Shown here: positions 27,299-36,050 of the stretch, piece after piece | Layout of the letters: every line of letters starts with the position of its first letter | Numbering within the stretch: the stretch's first letter is position 1 | NCBI GenBank assembly: GCA_043801965.1 | Contig: JAZDLN010000028.1 | Location: 22,288 to 86,287 of the forward strand | Length of the DNA: 64,000 nt | From: Candidatus Falkowbacteria bacterium | Lineage (GTDB): Bacteria > Patescibacteriota > Patescibacteriia > Patescibacteriales > UBA12075 | Direction: 5' to 3' | Position numbers and translations under genes: made by a program | Notes under the pieces: generated by a model | Seen by the model: only the letters and a program-made list of their open reading frames with translations | Databases searched by the model: none | Told to the model about the DNA's origin: nothing

Positions 27299-28315
27299 AT
27301 GAAGTTCCCCATGCTTTCTATTTCAGTGCTTCTTGTTTTTACTTTGTTCATCTGCACTTTATTCATTAACGACAAGGATACCTCCCCGAAGATCGTTCTG
27401 GACGGCGATTTTTTCGACACGGGGCGGGTTTTGGGCGTGAGCGAAGCCATGCCCATCCCGGGGGCGGAAAGCCTTTATCTCGGGCTTTATGACCGGGCCG
27501 GAATAGACCCGCTCGACAAAAGACCGCCCGCGCCGCAAAAAACCGGCACCGAAGCCGATTTTATGTTGCCGGCCGGCCGGGGAGCGGTTTTGGATTCCTT
27601 AAGCGGAGCCGTTCTTTACGGACAGGCGGCCGAGGAAAAAGCGCCGATCGCGAGCCTTACCAAGCTGGCCACCGCCTTGGTTTTTTTAGAGTATAACCGC
27701 GGCTGGGAAGAGATCTATGAATTGAGGCCGGAAGACCGGATCGAGGGCGGCATGATCTATCTCATGAGCGGGGAGAAAGTGAAGATCAAAGATCTTTTTT
27801 ATCTTAGCCTGGTCGCGTCCGATAATACCGCCACCCAGGCGCTCGTCAACGCCGCCGGGGCGGGACAGGGTGAATTCATCGCCCGGATGAACGCCAAGAT
27901 GAAGGAACTCGGCCTTAAGAACACGCGTTTCGCCGATCCGATCGGACTCTCGGGCGAGAATGTTTCCACGGCCCTGGAAGTGGCCGGTCTGGCGAAAGCC
28001 GCTTTGGCCTCTCCGGAAATAAGCGAGGCGACCTTGACCAAAAGATACGAGTTCTCGACCGTCCAGGGAAGGCGGGTGGCCGTCGACAGTACCGACGTAC
28101 TTCTTGAAGTCCTTCCCCAGAACGGCATCAGGATATTAGGCGGCAAGACCGGCTATATCGACTCCGCCGGCTATTGCTTCGCCGGCAAGTTCGTGAACGA
28201 GGCGGGCCGGGAGCTTATTGCCGTGGTTCTGGGCAGCGATAGCCCGAATCTGCGCTTCCGCTGGGCCAAAAACATGGCGGAATGGACGTATCGGAATTAC
28301 GAATGGCTGAAATGA
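27299..28315 (+). CDS. D-alanyl-D-alanine carboxypeptidase (peptidase S11, PBP5-like)
   Basis: N-terminal anchor. SxxK (ASLTK), SxN (ASDNT) and KTG (GGKTGYI) motifs in the correct order. Confidence 0.85.
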   Translation: MKFPMLSISVLLVFTLFICTLFINDKDTSPKIVLDGDFFDTGRVLGVSEAMPIPGAESLYLGLYDRAGIDPLDKRPPAPQKTGTEADFMLPAGRGAVLDSLSGAVLYGQAAEEKAPIASLTKLATALVFLEYNRGWEEIYELRPEDRIEGGMIYLMSGEKVKIKDLFYLSLVASDNTATQALVNAAGAGQGEFIARMNAKMKELGLKNTRFADPIGLSGENVSTALEVAGLAKAALASPEISEATLTKRYEFSTVQGRRVAVDSTDVLLEVLPQNGIRILGGKTGYIDSAGYCFAGKFVNEAGRELIAVVLGSDSPNLRFRWAKNMAEWTYRNYEWLK

Positions 28316-28390
28316 TGGTTTGTTTTTGTTTTCGGGTTTATAATGGTATAATGGTAATAAGTGCCATATCTAATAAATTTAGCCAATAAT

Positions 28391-29158
28391 ATGAATAACG
28401 AAAAAATCATCATCGCCAACTGGAAAATGAAACTGGGTCTGGCCGAAACCCTGGCTTTGGCCGAGAACATAAAAACAAAGTTCCAGGGGTTCAGCGGGGC
28501 GACCGTCGGGGTTTGCCCGAATTACCTCTCTGTCCTCGGGGTCAAGGAAATCCTCAAGGGAACGGACATAAAATTAGGCGCCCAGGACGTTTTTTGGGAA
28601 GGCGCCGGAGCCTATACCGGCGAAATTTCGGCGGATATGCTCGTCGAGGCGGGTTGCGAATACGTGATCATCGGCCATTCCGAGCGGCGTAAATTCCTTA
28701 TGGTCAATTACGAAATGATCCATCGGGAAACGAAGGCGGTTTTGAATAACGGCAATCTCGTGCCGATAGTCTGTATCGGTGAGAATTGGGACGAGCGCAA
28801 GACCGACCGGCGGGACTTCGTCCTTTTCGACCAGCTCCAGCAGGCCCTGTCCGGATTGGATCTCGTCGGCAACCAGCAGGTGGTGATCGCTTATGAGCCG
28901 ATCTGGGCGATCGGTTCCGGCACGGCCATCGAGCCCTCCGAGGCGGAATACGCGCACAAGATCATAAAGCTTACCTTAAACGACATGTTCGGCATGAAGA
29001 TCGTCAATAATAATTTTAAGATCATCTACGGCGGGAGCATCAGCTCGAAAAACGTCAAAGGTTTCGTCGGGCTGGAAAATCTTGACGGCATGCTCGTCGG
29101 CGGAGCCAGCCTCGAGACGGATGAATTCTATAAAGTAGCCAAAGCCTTAGTGAAATAA
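28391..29158 (+). CDS. tpiA: Triosephosphate isomerase
   Basis: IIIANWKMKL, IIGHSERR, AYEPIWAIGSG and YGGSI motifs. Track start 28361 (GTG) trimmed to ATG 28391. Confidence 0.93.
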   Translation: MNNEKIIIANWKMKLGLAETLALAENIKTKFQGFSGATVGVCPNYLSVLGVKEILKGTDIKLGAQDVFWEGAGAYTGEISADMLVEAGCEYVIIGHSERRKFLMVNYEMIHRETKAVLNNGNLVPIVCIGENWDERKTDRRDFVLFDQLQQALSGLDLVGNQQVVIAYEPIWAIGSGTAIEPSEAEYAHKIIKLTLNDMFGMKIVNNNFKIIYGGSISSKNVKGFVGLENLDGMLVGGASLETDEFYKVAKALVK

Positions 29159-29176
29159 TGAATTTTAATTTAATTT

Positions 29177-30052
29177 ATGCTGGTACATATCAAAGAGATC
29201 GTAGGGAACGCGCAAAAAGGGCATTACGCCGTGGGCGCTTTCAATATCCATAATCTCGAATCCGTCCTGGGCGTGGCGCAGGCGGCCGTCCGCGCCGGTT
29301 CGCCGGCGATCATCCAGGTTTCCGAAGGAGCGATAAAATACATGGGACTAAAACCCATTACGCATATAGTTTCGACCGTCGCCAAGAACGTCGCCGCCGG
29401 AGTGCCGATCGCTTTGCACCTCGACCACGGCAATAGTTTCGACGCCGTTTTCGAATGCATCAAGGCCGGTTTTTCTTCCGTCCATATCGACGCCTCGAGC
29501 CTGCCTCTGGACGAAAATATCGATTTGACCAAGTCGGTCGTGGAGATCGCCCGCGGCAAGAACGTCTGGGTGCAGGGGGAGGTCGGAGCGATCATGGGCG
29601 GACACGGCCAGGTTTCCGGGCGCCTCGAGCATATTCCGGTCGCTAAAGTCTCCGAGGTCATAAAATTCGTGGAAGAAACGCAAGTCGATACGATCGCGGC
29701 CGCGATCGGCACGGCGCACGGCGTTTTCGACAACGAGGATATCAGGATGGACCTTCTTAAAGAGATCAAGCAGAAAACGAAGATCCCCTTCGTTCTGCAC
29801 GGCGGCAGCGGCGTTGACGCGGAGAAGATAAAAAATGCCATAAAATACGGCGTCAATATAATTAATATCGGCACGGAAATAAAGCTGGCTTTTTCCGAAA
29901 CCCTCAAGAAAACCTGCGCGGAAAATCCGAACGAGACCGATCCCCGGAACCTGCTTCGGCCCACGATAAAAGCGGTCGAGGAAGCGGTTTACGCCCAGAT
30001 GCTCCTTTTCGGAAGCTGCGGCCGCTACGGGGAAGGGGAAGTGGAAACTTAA
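29177..30052 (+). CDS. fba: Class II fructose-1,6-bisphosphate aldolase
   Basis: GHYAVGAFNIHNLE, LHLDHG, GTAHG and LHGGSG motifs. Confidence 0.92.
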   Translation: MLVHIKEIVGNAQKGHYAVGAFNIHNLESVLGVAQAAVRAGSPAIIQVSEGAIKYMGLKPITHIVSTVAKNVAAGVPIALHLDHGNSFDAVFECIKAGFSSVHIDASSLPLDENIDLTKSVVEIARGKNVWVQGEVGAIMGGHGQVSGRLEHIPVAKVSEVIKFVEETQVDTIAAAIGTAHGVFDNEDIRMDLLKEIKQKTKIPFVLHGGSGVDAEKIKNAIKYGVNIINIGTEIKLAFSETLKKTCAENPNETDPRNLLRPTIKAVEEAVYAQMLLFGSCGRYGEGEVET

Positions 30053-30097
30053 GGCGCCGGCTATTTTAATTTAACCAAGGCCCGTTTTTAAAACGTT

Positions 30098-30907
30098 ATG
30101 TTCAATATCATTCCTTTGATTTTAATACTTTTAGGCCTGGTGGCGATCATCGTGATCGTGGTCAGGAAATTTTCGATACTGGCGAATCTCGATATCGACA
30201 ATATTCCGGCGGAACGGGAAGCTAAATTCAAAGAGCAGATCATAGGCAAGAGGATGAAGCGGAATTTCCTTAAGTACTACAGCCGCCTCGCGAGGATAAT
30301 CGGGCCGCTGGGAGAGGCGATCGGGAATCTTTTTAAGTGGTCGCACGCCCGGCTTCTTGAATTCAAGGAAAATTACAACCGGGAGAAGGCCGCTCCGGTC
30401 GATACGGAAGCGGGGATCGACCGGCTTTTCCTCGAGATCGAGGAATCCGTTAAAAAGAGCGATTGGGACGGGGCGGAGAAGAGATATATCGAGATCATAG
30501 CGATCGACAGCCAGAACGTGAAGGCTTTCCGCGGCCTGGGCCTTCTTTATTATAACCAGAAGAATTACGGCGAAGCCTCCCAGACTCTTGAGCACGCCCT
30601 TAAGCTTTTAGAGAAGAAATACGAAGCGGAAGGGAATAACGACGAGACCAATACCCAGCTGGCCGCGATCTATTTCGACCTGGGGGAGGTTGACCGGATA
30701 ACGGAGAATTACGTAAACGCGGCCGCTAACCTCGATAAGGCTTTGGCGATCGAGCCTAATAACCCGAGATTCCTGGACGGCAAGCTCGAGATCTCTATCG
30801 CCGCCAAGGATAAGATCGGCGCCCTCGAGGCCTACGAGCGGATGGCGGCCGCTAACCCGGAAAACCAGAAATTGGCTATTTTTAAAGAGGAGATTGACAA
30901 ATTATAG
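30098..30907 (+). CDS. Membrane-anchored TPR-repeat protein
   Basis: N-terminal TM (IIPLILILLGLVAIIVIVV) and TPR-like repeats (AFRGLGLLYYNQKNYGEASQTLEHALKL; NYVNAAANLDKALAIEPNN). Confidence 0.7.
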   Translation: MFNIIPLILILLGLVAIIVIVVRKFSILANLDIDNIPAEREAKFKEQIIGKRMKRNFLKYYSRLARIIGPLGEAIGNLFKWSHARLLEFKENYNREKAAPVDTEAGIDRLFLEIEESVKKSDWDGAEKRYIEIIAIDSQNVKAFRGLGLLYYNQKNYGEASQTLEHALKLLEKKYEAEGNNDETNTQLAAIYFDLGEVDRITENYVNAAANLDKALAIEPNNPRFLDGKLEISIAAKDKIGALEAYERMAAANPENQKLAIFKEEIDKL

Positions 30908-30928
30908 GTTTTTTTATAAAATAGAATT

Positions 30929-30954
30929 ACTGTTTAAAGTGAACAGTTTTTTTA
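30929..30954 (+). terminator. Rho-independent terminator
   Basis: ACTGTT-TAAAGTG-AACAGT followed by T7. Confidence 0.65.
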
Positions 30955-31023
30955 TTTAGTTTCCATCCCAAAGCTTTCAGGGCTATCCAAAGGGCCTGCC
31001 CTACGAAGCCTTGGCGAAGTAGG

Positions 31024-31098
31024 GCCGAAATAGCTCAGCGGTAGAGCACCTCCATGGTAAGGAGGGGGTCTCGGGTTCAATCCCCGATTTCGGCTCCA
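31024..31098 (+). tRNA. tRNA-Thr (anticodon GGU), CCA encoded
   Basis: Hand-folded cloverleaf. Acceptor GCCGAAA/TTTCGGC, D-arm GCTC-AGCGGTA-GAGC, anticodon arm CCTCC-ATGGTAA-GGAGG, T-arm TCGGG-TTCAATC-CCCGA, discriminator T, then CCA. Confidence 0.9.
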
Positions 31099-31101
31099 AA
31101 T

Positions 31102-31130
31102 AAAAATCCCCCAAAGGGGATTTTTTATTT
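31102..31130. terminator. Palindromic terminator after tRNA-Thr
   Basis: AAAAATCCCC-CAAA-GGGGATTTTT, flanked by A-rich and T-rich runs. Confidence 0.7.
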
Positions 31131-31430
31131 GGAGTTGAGATTGTAGGATTGAACCCGCCTGAGTAGCTAGGCGAGCAAAAATAGAGACTGATGTTAAAAA
31201 TAGTATAAACAGACACGCTGTCCGCGTGTTGTGGGAATCTTACATGAGAAATAGTTAAAGAAGAAAGATATTGCCCATAAAGATATGTTGGATAAAGTAG
31301 AGCACCCTTCCCACACCCGACACTGAAGCCTGAAAAAGCTACAGGTGTTCAAAGACTATAGTAAAGCCTAACATAATTTTCCACGATATTACAAAACATT
31401 TAGTAATGTTAGGTTTTAGCTTATTTTAAC

Positions 31431-31459
31431 TTGATTTTTGAGCCTAAAAATGGTAGATT
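31431..31459 (+). promoter_or_regulatory. Putative promoter of the island operon
   Basis: TTGATT (31431-31436), 17 nt, TAGATT (31454-31459), 22 nt upstream of the ATG. Confidence 0.3.
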
Positions 31460-31481
31460 AAAGAAGTGTTAAATTACATCT

Positions 31482-34400
31482 ATGGATCAAAAAATTGAAA
31501 AAATTAACATTAAGGAAAATAAGTCGCTATTGTTTGTTAAAGAAGTTGCGAAATATTTTATGGACTTCTTGGAAACGGATTTTCATAAGAGAAAAACGCC
31601 AAGGAGAAACATAAAATTTAAGAACGATAGCAATTTGTTGGTTGGGGTTAATTTGGAAAAATATCAGAACTTTAACAAACTTGTTATCGGTGCTTTTAAT
31701 GAAGCATTTTTGCAAAGCGATATAAAAGTTAAAAAAGGAGAGTACAAAGCAAACATACCAAAGAACCTTTTAGATTTAATCAAAATTAAAGTTGAAGATA
31801 TAGAGGCAAGTGATATTCAGGATATAATAAAAAAAATTGCTGGGAAATTACAAAAACACTCAGAAGTTTATCACGAAGAATATGACAGATCATTAGTTTC
31901 TTCGCTTGAGAGCGTATCGGATATTTTCAGAAATAACCTGGTATCGCCGTTCATTGAAAAGATTGAGAAATCTCTAGAGAATATTAGTCTTGGTGATGAG
32001 AATACGAAATATTTAATGGAAGAAGAATTAACGGATGTGTTTTTGGGAAGTATTGAAAATAAAATTACTGAATTGTTAAAGCTGTTAGTTTCCGATAAAG
32101 AGGTAGATTTGATTAATGAAATTGGCTCAGTGCTTGGAATTGAGGAAATCAAAGCAATTATTATTGATTTTTTTGATGATTTTAAAATTGCAGACTTGTT
32201 TTCAGAGATTTTAGAAATAAACCGGAATAGAAATATTTTAGACAAACAGGATTTTTATTTATATTTCTGCGATGTTACTTATAATCGGGCAAAATATCCG
32301 ATTTTTTATATTCCATTTGAAGTAGAGGTTAAAAATGATACAGTTTTTATCGCACTTGACTCCAGGGTTTATATCAATAAAAAAGCACTTGAATTTATAG
32401 TTCAGGAGTATAACAAAGAGATGGATGTAAAGGGCGGTTTGAAAGCAGACACGGAAAGAATAATTTATTTAGCCCAAGGCAAAGACAATCTGATGGATGT
32501 GGCTAACGGATTAATTTCTGAGATAATAAATTATTTTGAATTAAGCGATAATATTCATTTAATTAATCCAGTAAAACAAAGAGCCAGAAGTAAGAAAGTT
32601 TTTATTACAAATTCCTGTTATGTTTCTCTTTTTGATAAATCAGACGAAGCCTTGGTAAATGATTACGAGGATATATTACAATTATTGTCGGCTGGTGGAG
32701 GAGTGCTGGGAGAAATGTTTAATAAGTTGGTAGATGATTTTATTAACAAAGAACCGAAAGTTTATAACCTAGAAATTGATGAAAATTGGGATGAATTTGC
32801 TACAGCAGAAAAGCTGGTTATTGAAACGCCGATACCTTTAAATAGCGAGCAAAGAAAGATTGTTGCTGCCTTAAATAAAGAAGATTGTAAATATATAGCC
32901 GTACAGGGTCCACCGGGAACGGGCAAGAGTCATACGATTACAGCTTTGGTTTGTAATGCAATTTTGGATAATAAAAACGTTTTGGTTTTATCGGATAAAA
33001 AAGAGGCCCTTGACGTGGTTGAAGATAAAATTACAGGCACGATGAATAAGGTAAGGACTGATAAACATTTTCAAAATCCGATTTTACGACTCGGAAAAAC
33101 AGGAAATACCTATAGTCAAATTTTATCAACCACCTCGGTTGAAAACATTAGAAATAATTATAAAGCAGTTAAAAAGAATTATTCTGAGCTAGAAAGCAAC
33201 ATAAGCAAAACCGTAAATTCCCTAAAGGAAGATATTGAGGCGGAAACCTTGGTATATGAAGACATAGACCAGAAAGAAATAATTGAGCTGACGCAGTACG
33301 AGAAACACTTTGAAAAAAATATAATTTTGGTTAATGAAGATGAGGTGATGAAGTGTGCCGATGCGGTTAATGATTTGGAGGAGTTAAGAAATATTTTTTT
33401 GCGATTTAAAGAGGTTTTTAATGAAGAAAAAAATGATTATGTTGATTTCTTAATTTTTCACGGAGTGCCCACTTCTTGTTTTGAAAATATTGAAAATTTC
33501 AGTTCTTTTTTACGATTTTTAAAATTATTGGAGCAGGATATAGCAGGAATTAAAGAGGGAAAGGAGTATAATCTCAACAGAAAATCAATATTGATTTTTA
33601 AAGATTTTAGCTCAGATAAAATCAATCAACTTGAAAATTTTCTTGAACGATACCAAGCACTCAAGAGTTCAGTCTTCGGCTATTTATTTAAAAAGAAAAA
33701 AGTTGAACAGCTAAACAGTGAGTTTTTCAAAATATTCGGTGCTACGAAAATTAACGAACCGCAAAAAAAATTAAACCTACTTGAAGAAGCACTGAATGTT
33801 TTTCGTTTTATAAAAAGTAATGATAAATCAAGTTTTGGTCTTGATTATGTGCGACTGGTTCATCATCTGCTAACCAATGAGAAGTATAACCTGGTTGTTG
33901 GTGAGTTTGTTAGGTTTATTGATGATGTAAATTTCATCCAGGAACAATCTGAATATCAAGAAACTTTTAAACTTATCGGATTTAAGCAGGATGATTTTGA
34001 CACATATTACAATAACAAATTAACTGAAATCCCAGAAAAAGATTTTACTCATATTTTGCGATATATATTTTTAAAACAAAAAATTCAAAAAAGTTTTAGT
34101 CAGATACCTAAGTATAGCTACGTTAATCAAATTCAAAAAATTGAAGATTTGGTAACGGCAAAGATGACTTATTTGATGGACGGCAGGCTGATAAATTTTT
34201 ATGAAAACAACAAGGGAACTGCTATAGATATAAGAAAAATTATCAGAGCGAAAAATAAATTTGAAAAAGATAAATTTGAAAATTTGAAAGAAGCTTTTCC
34301 CTGCATACTTGCGGGAATACGTGATTATGCCGAGTATATTCCGTTGGAGCCAGAAATATTTGATTTAGTGATTATTGATGAAGCTTCTCAGGTAAGTGTA

Positions 34401-36038
34401 GCCCAGGCTTTTCCGGCTTTGATAAGGGCAAAGCAGGTGGTGATTATGGGCGATAAGAAACAATTTAGCAATGTAAAAGCAACCCAAGCAAAGACAGAAA
34501 CAAATTTGCAGTACATTAACGACCTTGAAATTTCATTTAAAAAGAATGTTTCAAAAGAAATAACAAAACTGGAAAGGCTTAAAAAATTCAATATCAAAAC
34601 ATCAATATTAGAATTTTTTGAAACCATTAGCAATTTTGACATTCAATTACGGAAACATTTCCGCGGGTATAAGGAATTGATTTCTTATTCCAATCATTTC
34701 TTTTACAGCGATACATTGCAAGTGATGAAAATAAGGGGCAAGAGCATTGATGAGGTTTTAAAAATGACGGTGGTTGACCACGATGGCAGAGTTGAAGCGA
34801 TACCGAAGACAAATAAACCTGAAATTGAATTTATTAAAGAAGAATTAGCGAAGATAAAAGACGGCGGAAAAAAACAGAGCGTTGGCATAATAACTCCGCA
34901 TACTAATCAGCAAAAGATTTTGATTGATGAAATCAGTAAACTTACTGATAAGGATTATTATTTCAATGAGTTGGATTTAAAAATAATGACTTTTGATACC
35001 TGTCAGGGCGAAGAAAGGGATGTGATTTTTTATTCAATGGTTGCAACCAAAGAGAGCGATAGGTTATGGGGTGTGTTTATTAAGGATTTGGAGGCGATTG
35101 ATATTGAGGAGGATGGAAAGATAAGGGCGCAAAGATTAAACGTTGGATTTAGCCGTGCCAAGGAATGTATTCATCTTATTTTAAGCAAGGAGCCTGAAGA
35201 ATACAAAGGCTCCATAAGGGATGCACTATTACATTATAAGAACGAGATTGAAAAAGGGAAGAAAGAACCAACGCCCGATGACGTAGATAATAAATCCCCG
35301 ATGGAGAAACAGGTGTTGAATTGGTTAACTCAAACAAAACTATGGAGAGAAAATGCTAAAAATATTGAACTTAAGCCGCAGTTTCAAGTCGGAAGTTATC
35401 TAAAACAATTAGATAGCAACTACGACCATCCTAGTTTTATCGTAGATTTTTTGCTCATTTACAGGGAAGATGATAATAGAAAGCACAATATTATAATTGA
35501 ATATGATGGTTTTAAGGAGCATTTTGAAAATCTTGAAGCAGTTAATGAGTTCAACTTTGAAAGCCACTATTCAGATGATGATGTATATCGGCAGAAAGTG
35601 CTTGAAGGGTATGGGTATAAATTTTTAAGAATTAACAAATTTAATATCGGCGATAATCCTATTGAAACGCTGGATAAGAGAATTGAAGAATTGATTAAAA
35701 ATACTGGTCAGCAGAATAGTTTTTTAGAAAGTATTCATAGTACGATTGAAGGCCTGGAAAACGGAGATTATAAAGAATGTCCTAAGTGCAAGGAAGTAAA
35801 AGAGATAGCTAAGTTTAAGGATAAGACTTTAATCAGCGGAGTCGGTAGAATTTGTAACGACTGTAAAGGAGCGAGTATATGCAGTACTCAAAAAAATAAG
35901 GCCGTAAAACCTCTGCCTGTATTAAGCTCGCAAACTTGCCCGAGATGCGGAGCGAGGATGATTTTAAGGGGTGGAAGATTTGGAAAATTTTACGGATGTT
36001 CAAAGTATCCTTATTGCAGGGGGACAAGGAAATATTAA
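31482..36038 (+). CDS. Multidomain SF1B (Upf1/DNA2-like, AAA_11/AAA_12-type) helicase with a DUF4011-like N-terminus, a C-terminal Vsr/DUF559-like endonuclease fold and two zinc ribbons
   Basis: Motif I GPPGTGKS (nt 32907-32930, about aa 476). Motif II VIIDEASQ (nt 34377-34391, about aa 966). Also GDKKQ, LRKHFRGYKELISYSNHFFY, TFDTCQGEERDVIFYSMV and LNVGFSRAKE. Then FIVDFLLIY...IIIEYDGFKEHF...YRQKVLEGYGYKFLRI (DUF559/Vsr-like), CPKC...CNDC, and the topoisomerase-type CPRCGARMILRGGRFGKFYGCSKYPYCRGT. N-terminal AKYPIFYIPFEVEV...FIALDSRVYINKKALEFI resembles DUF4011. Confidence 0.85.
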   Translation: MDQKIEKINIKENKSLLFVKEVAKYFMDFLETDFHKRKTPRRNIKFKNDSNLLVGVNLEKYQNFNKLVIGAFNEAFLQSDIKVKKGEYKANIPKNLLDLIKIKVEDIEASDIQDIIKKIAGKLQKHSEVYHEEYDRSLVSSLESVSDIFRNNLVSPFIEKIEKSLENISLGDENTKYLMEEELTDVFLGSIENKITELLKLLVSDKEVDLINEIGSVLGIEEIKAIIIDFFDDFKIADLFSEILEINRNRNILDKQDFYLYFCDVTYNRAKYPIFYIPFEVEVKNDTVFIALDSRVYINKKALEFIVQEYNKEMDVKGGLKADTERIIYLAQGKDNLMDVANGLISEIINYFELSDNIHLINPVKQRARSKKVFITNSCYVSLFDKSDEALVNDYEDILQLLSAGGGVLGEMFNKLVDDFINKEPKVYNLEIDENWDEFATAEKLVIETPIPLNSEQRKIVAALNKEDCKYIAVQGPPGTGKSHTITALVCNAILDNKNVLVLSDKKEALDVVEDKITGTMNKVRTDKHFQNPILRLGKTGNTYSQILSTTSVENIRNNYKAVKKNYSELESNISKTVNSLKEDIEAETLVYEDIDQKEIIELTQYEKHFEKNIILVNEDEVMKCADAVNDLEELRNIFLRFKEVFNEEKNDYVDFLIFHGVPTSCFENIENFSSFLRFLKLLEQDIAGIKEGKEYNLNRKSILIFKDFSSDKINQLENFLERYQALKSSVFGYLFKKKKVEQLNSEFFKIFGATKINEPQKKLNLLEEALNVFRFIKSNDKSSFGLDYVRLVHHLLTNEKYNLVVGEFVRFIDDVNFIQEQSEYQETFKLIGFKQDDFDTYYNNKLTEIPEKDFTHILRYIFLKQKIQKSFSQIPKYSYVNQIQKIEDLVTAKMTYLMDGRLINFYENNKGTAIDIRKIIRAKNKFEKDKFENLKEAFPCILAGIRDYAEYIPLEPEIFDLVIIDEASQVSVAQAFPALIRAKQVVIMGDKKQFSNVKATQAKTETNLQYINDLEISFKKNVSKEITKLERLKKFNIKTSILEFFETISNFDIQLRKHFRGYKELISYSNHFFYSDTLQVMKIRGKSIDEVLKMTVVDHDGRVEAIPKTNKPEIEFIKEELAKIKDGGKKQSVGIITPHTNQQKILIDEISKLTDKDYYFNELDLKIMTFDTCQGEERDVIFYSMVATKESDRLWGVFIKDLEAIDIEEDGKIRAQRLNVGFSRAKECIHLILSKEPEEYKGSIRDALLHYKNEIEKGKKEPTPDDVDNKSPMEKQVLNWLTQTKLWRENAKNIELKPQFQVGSYLKQLDSNYDHPSFIVDFLLIYREDDNRKHNIIIEYDGFKEHFENLEAVNEFNFESHYSDDDVYRQKVLEGYGYKFLRINKFNIGDNPIETLDKRIEELIKNTGQQNSFLESIHSTIEGLENGDYKECPKCKEVKEIAKFKDKTLISGVGRICNDCKGASICSTQKNKAVKPLPVLSSQTCPRCGARMILRGGRFGKFYGCSKYPYCRGTRKY

Positions 36039-36050
36039 ATTGATTTTTAA

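Noticed and set aside
31001-31216. 71-aa minus-strand ORF
   Set aside because: It overlaps tRNA-Thr and its terminator and is an artefact of ORF calling.
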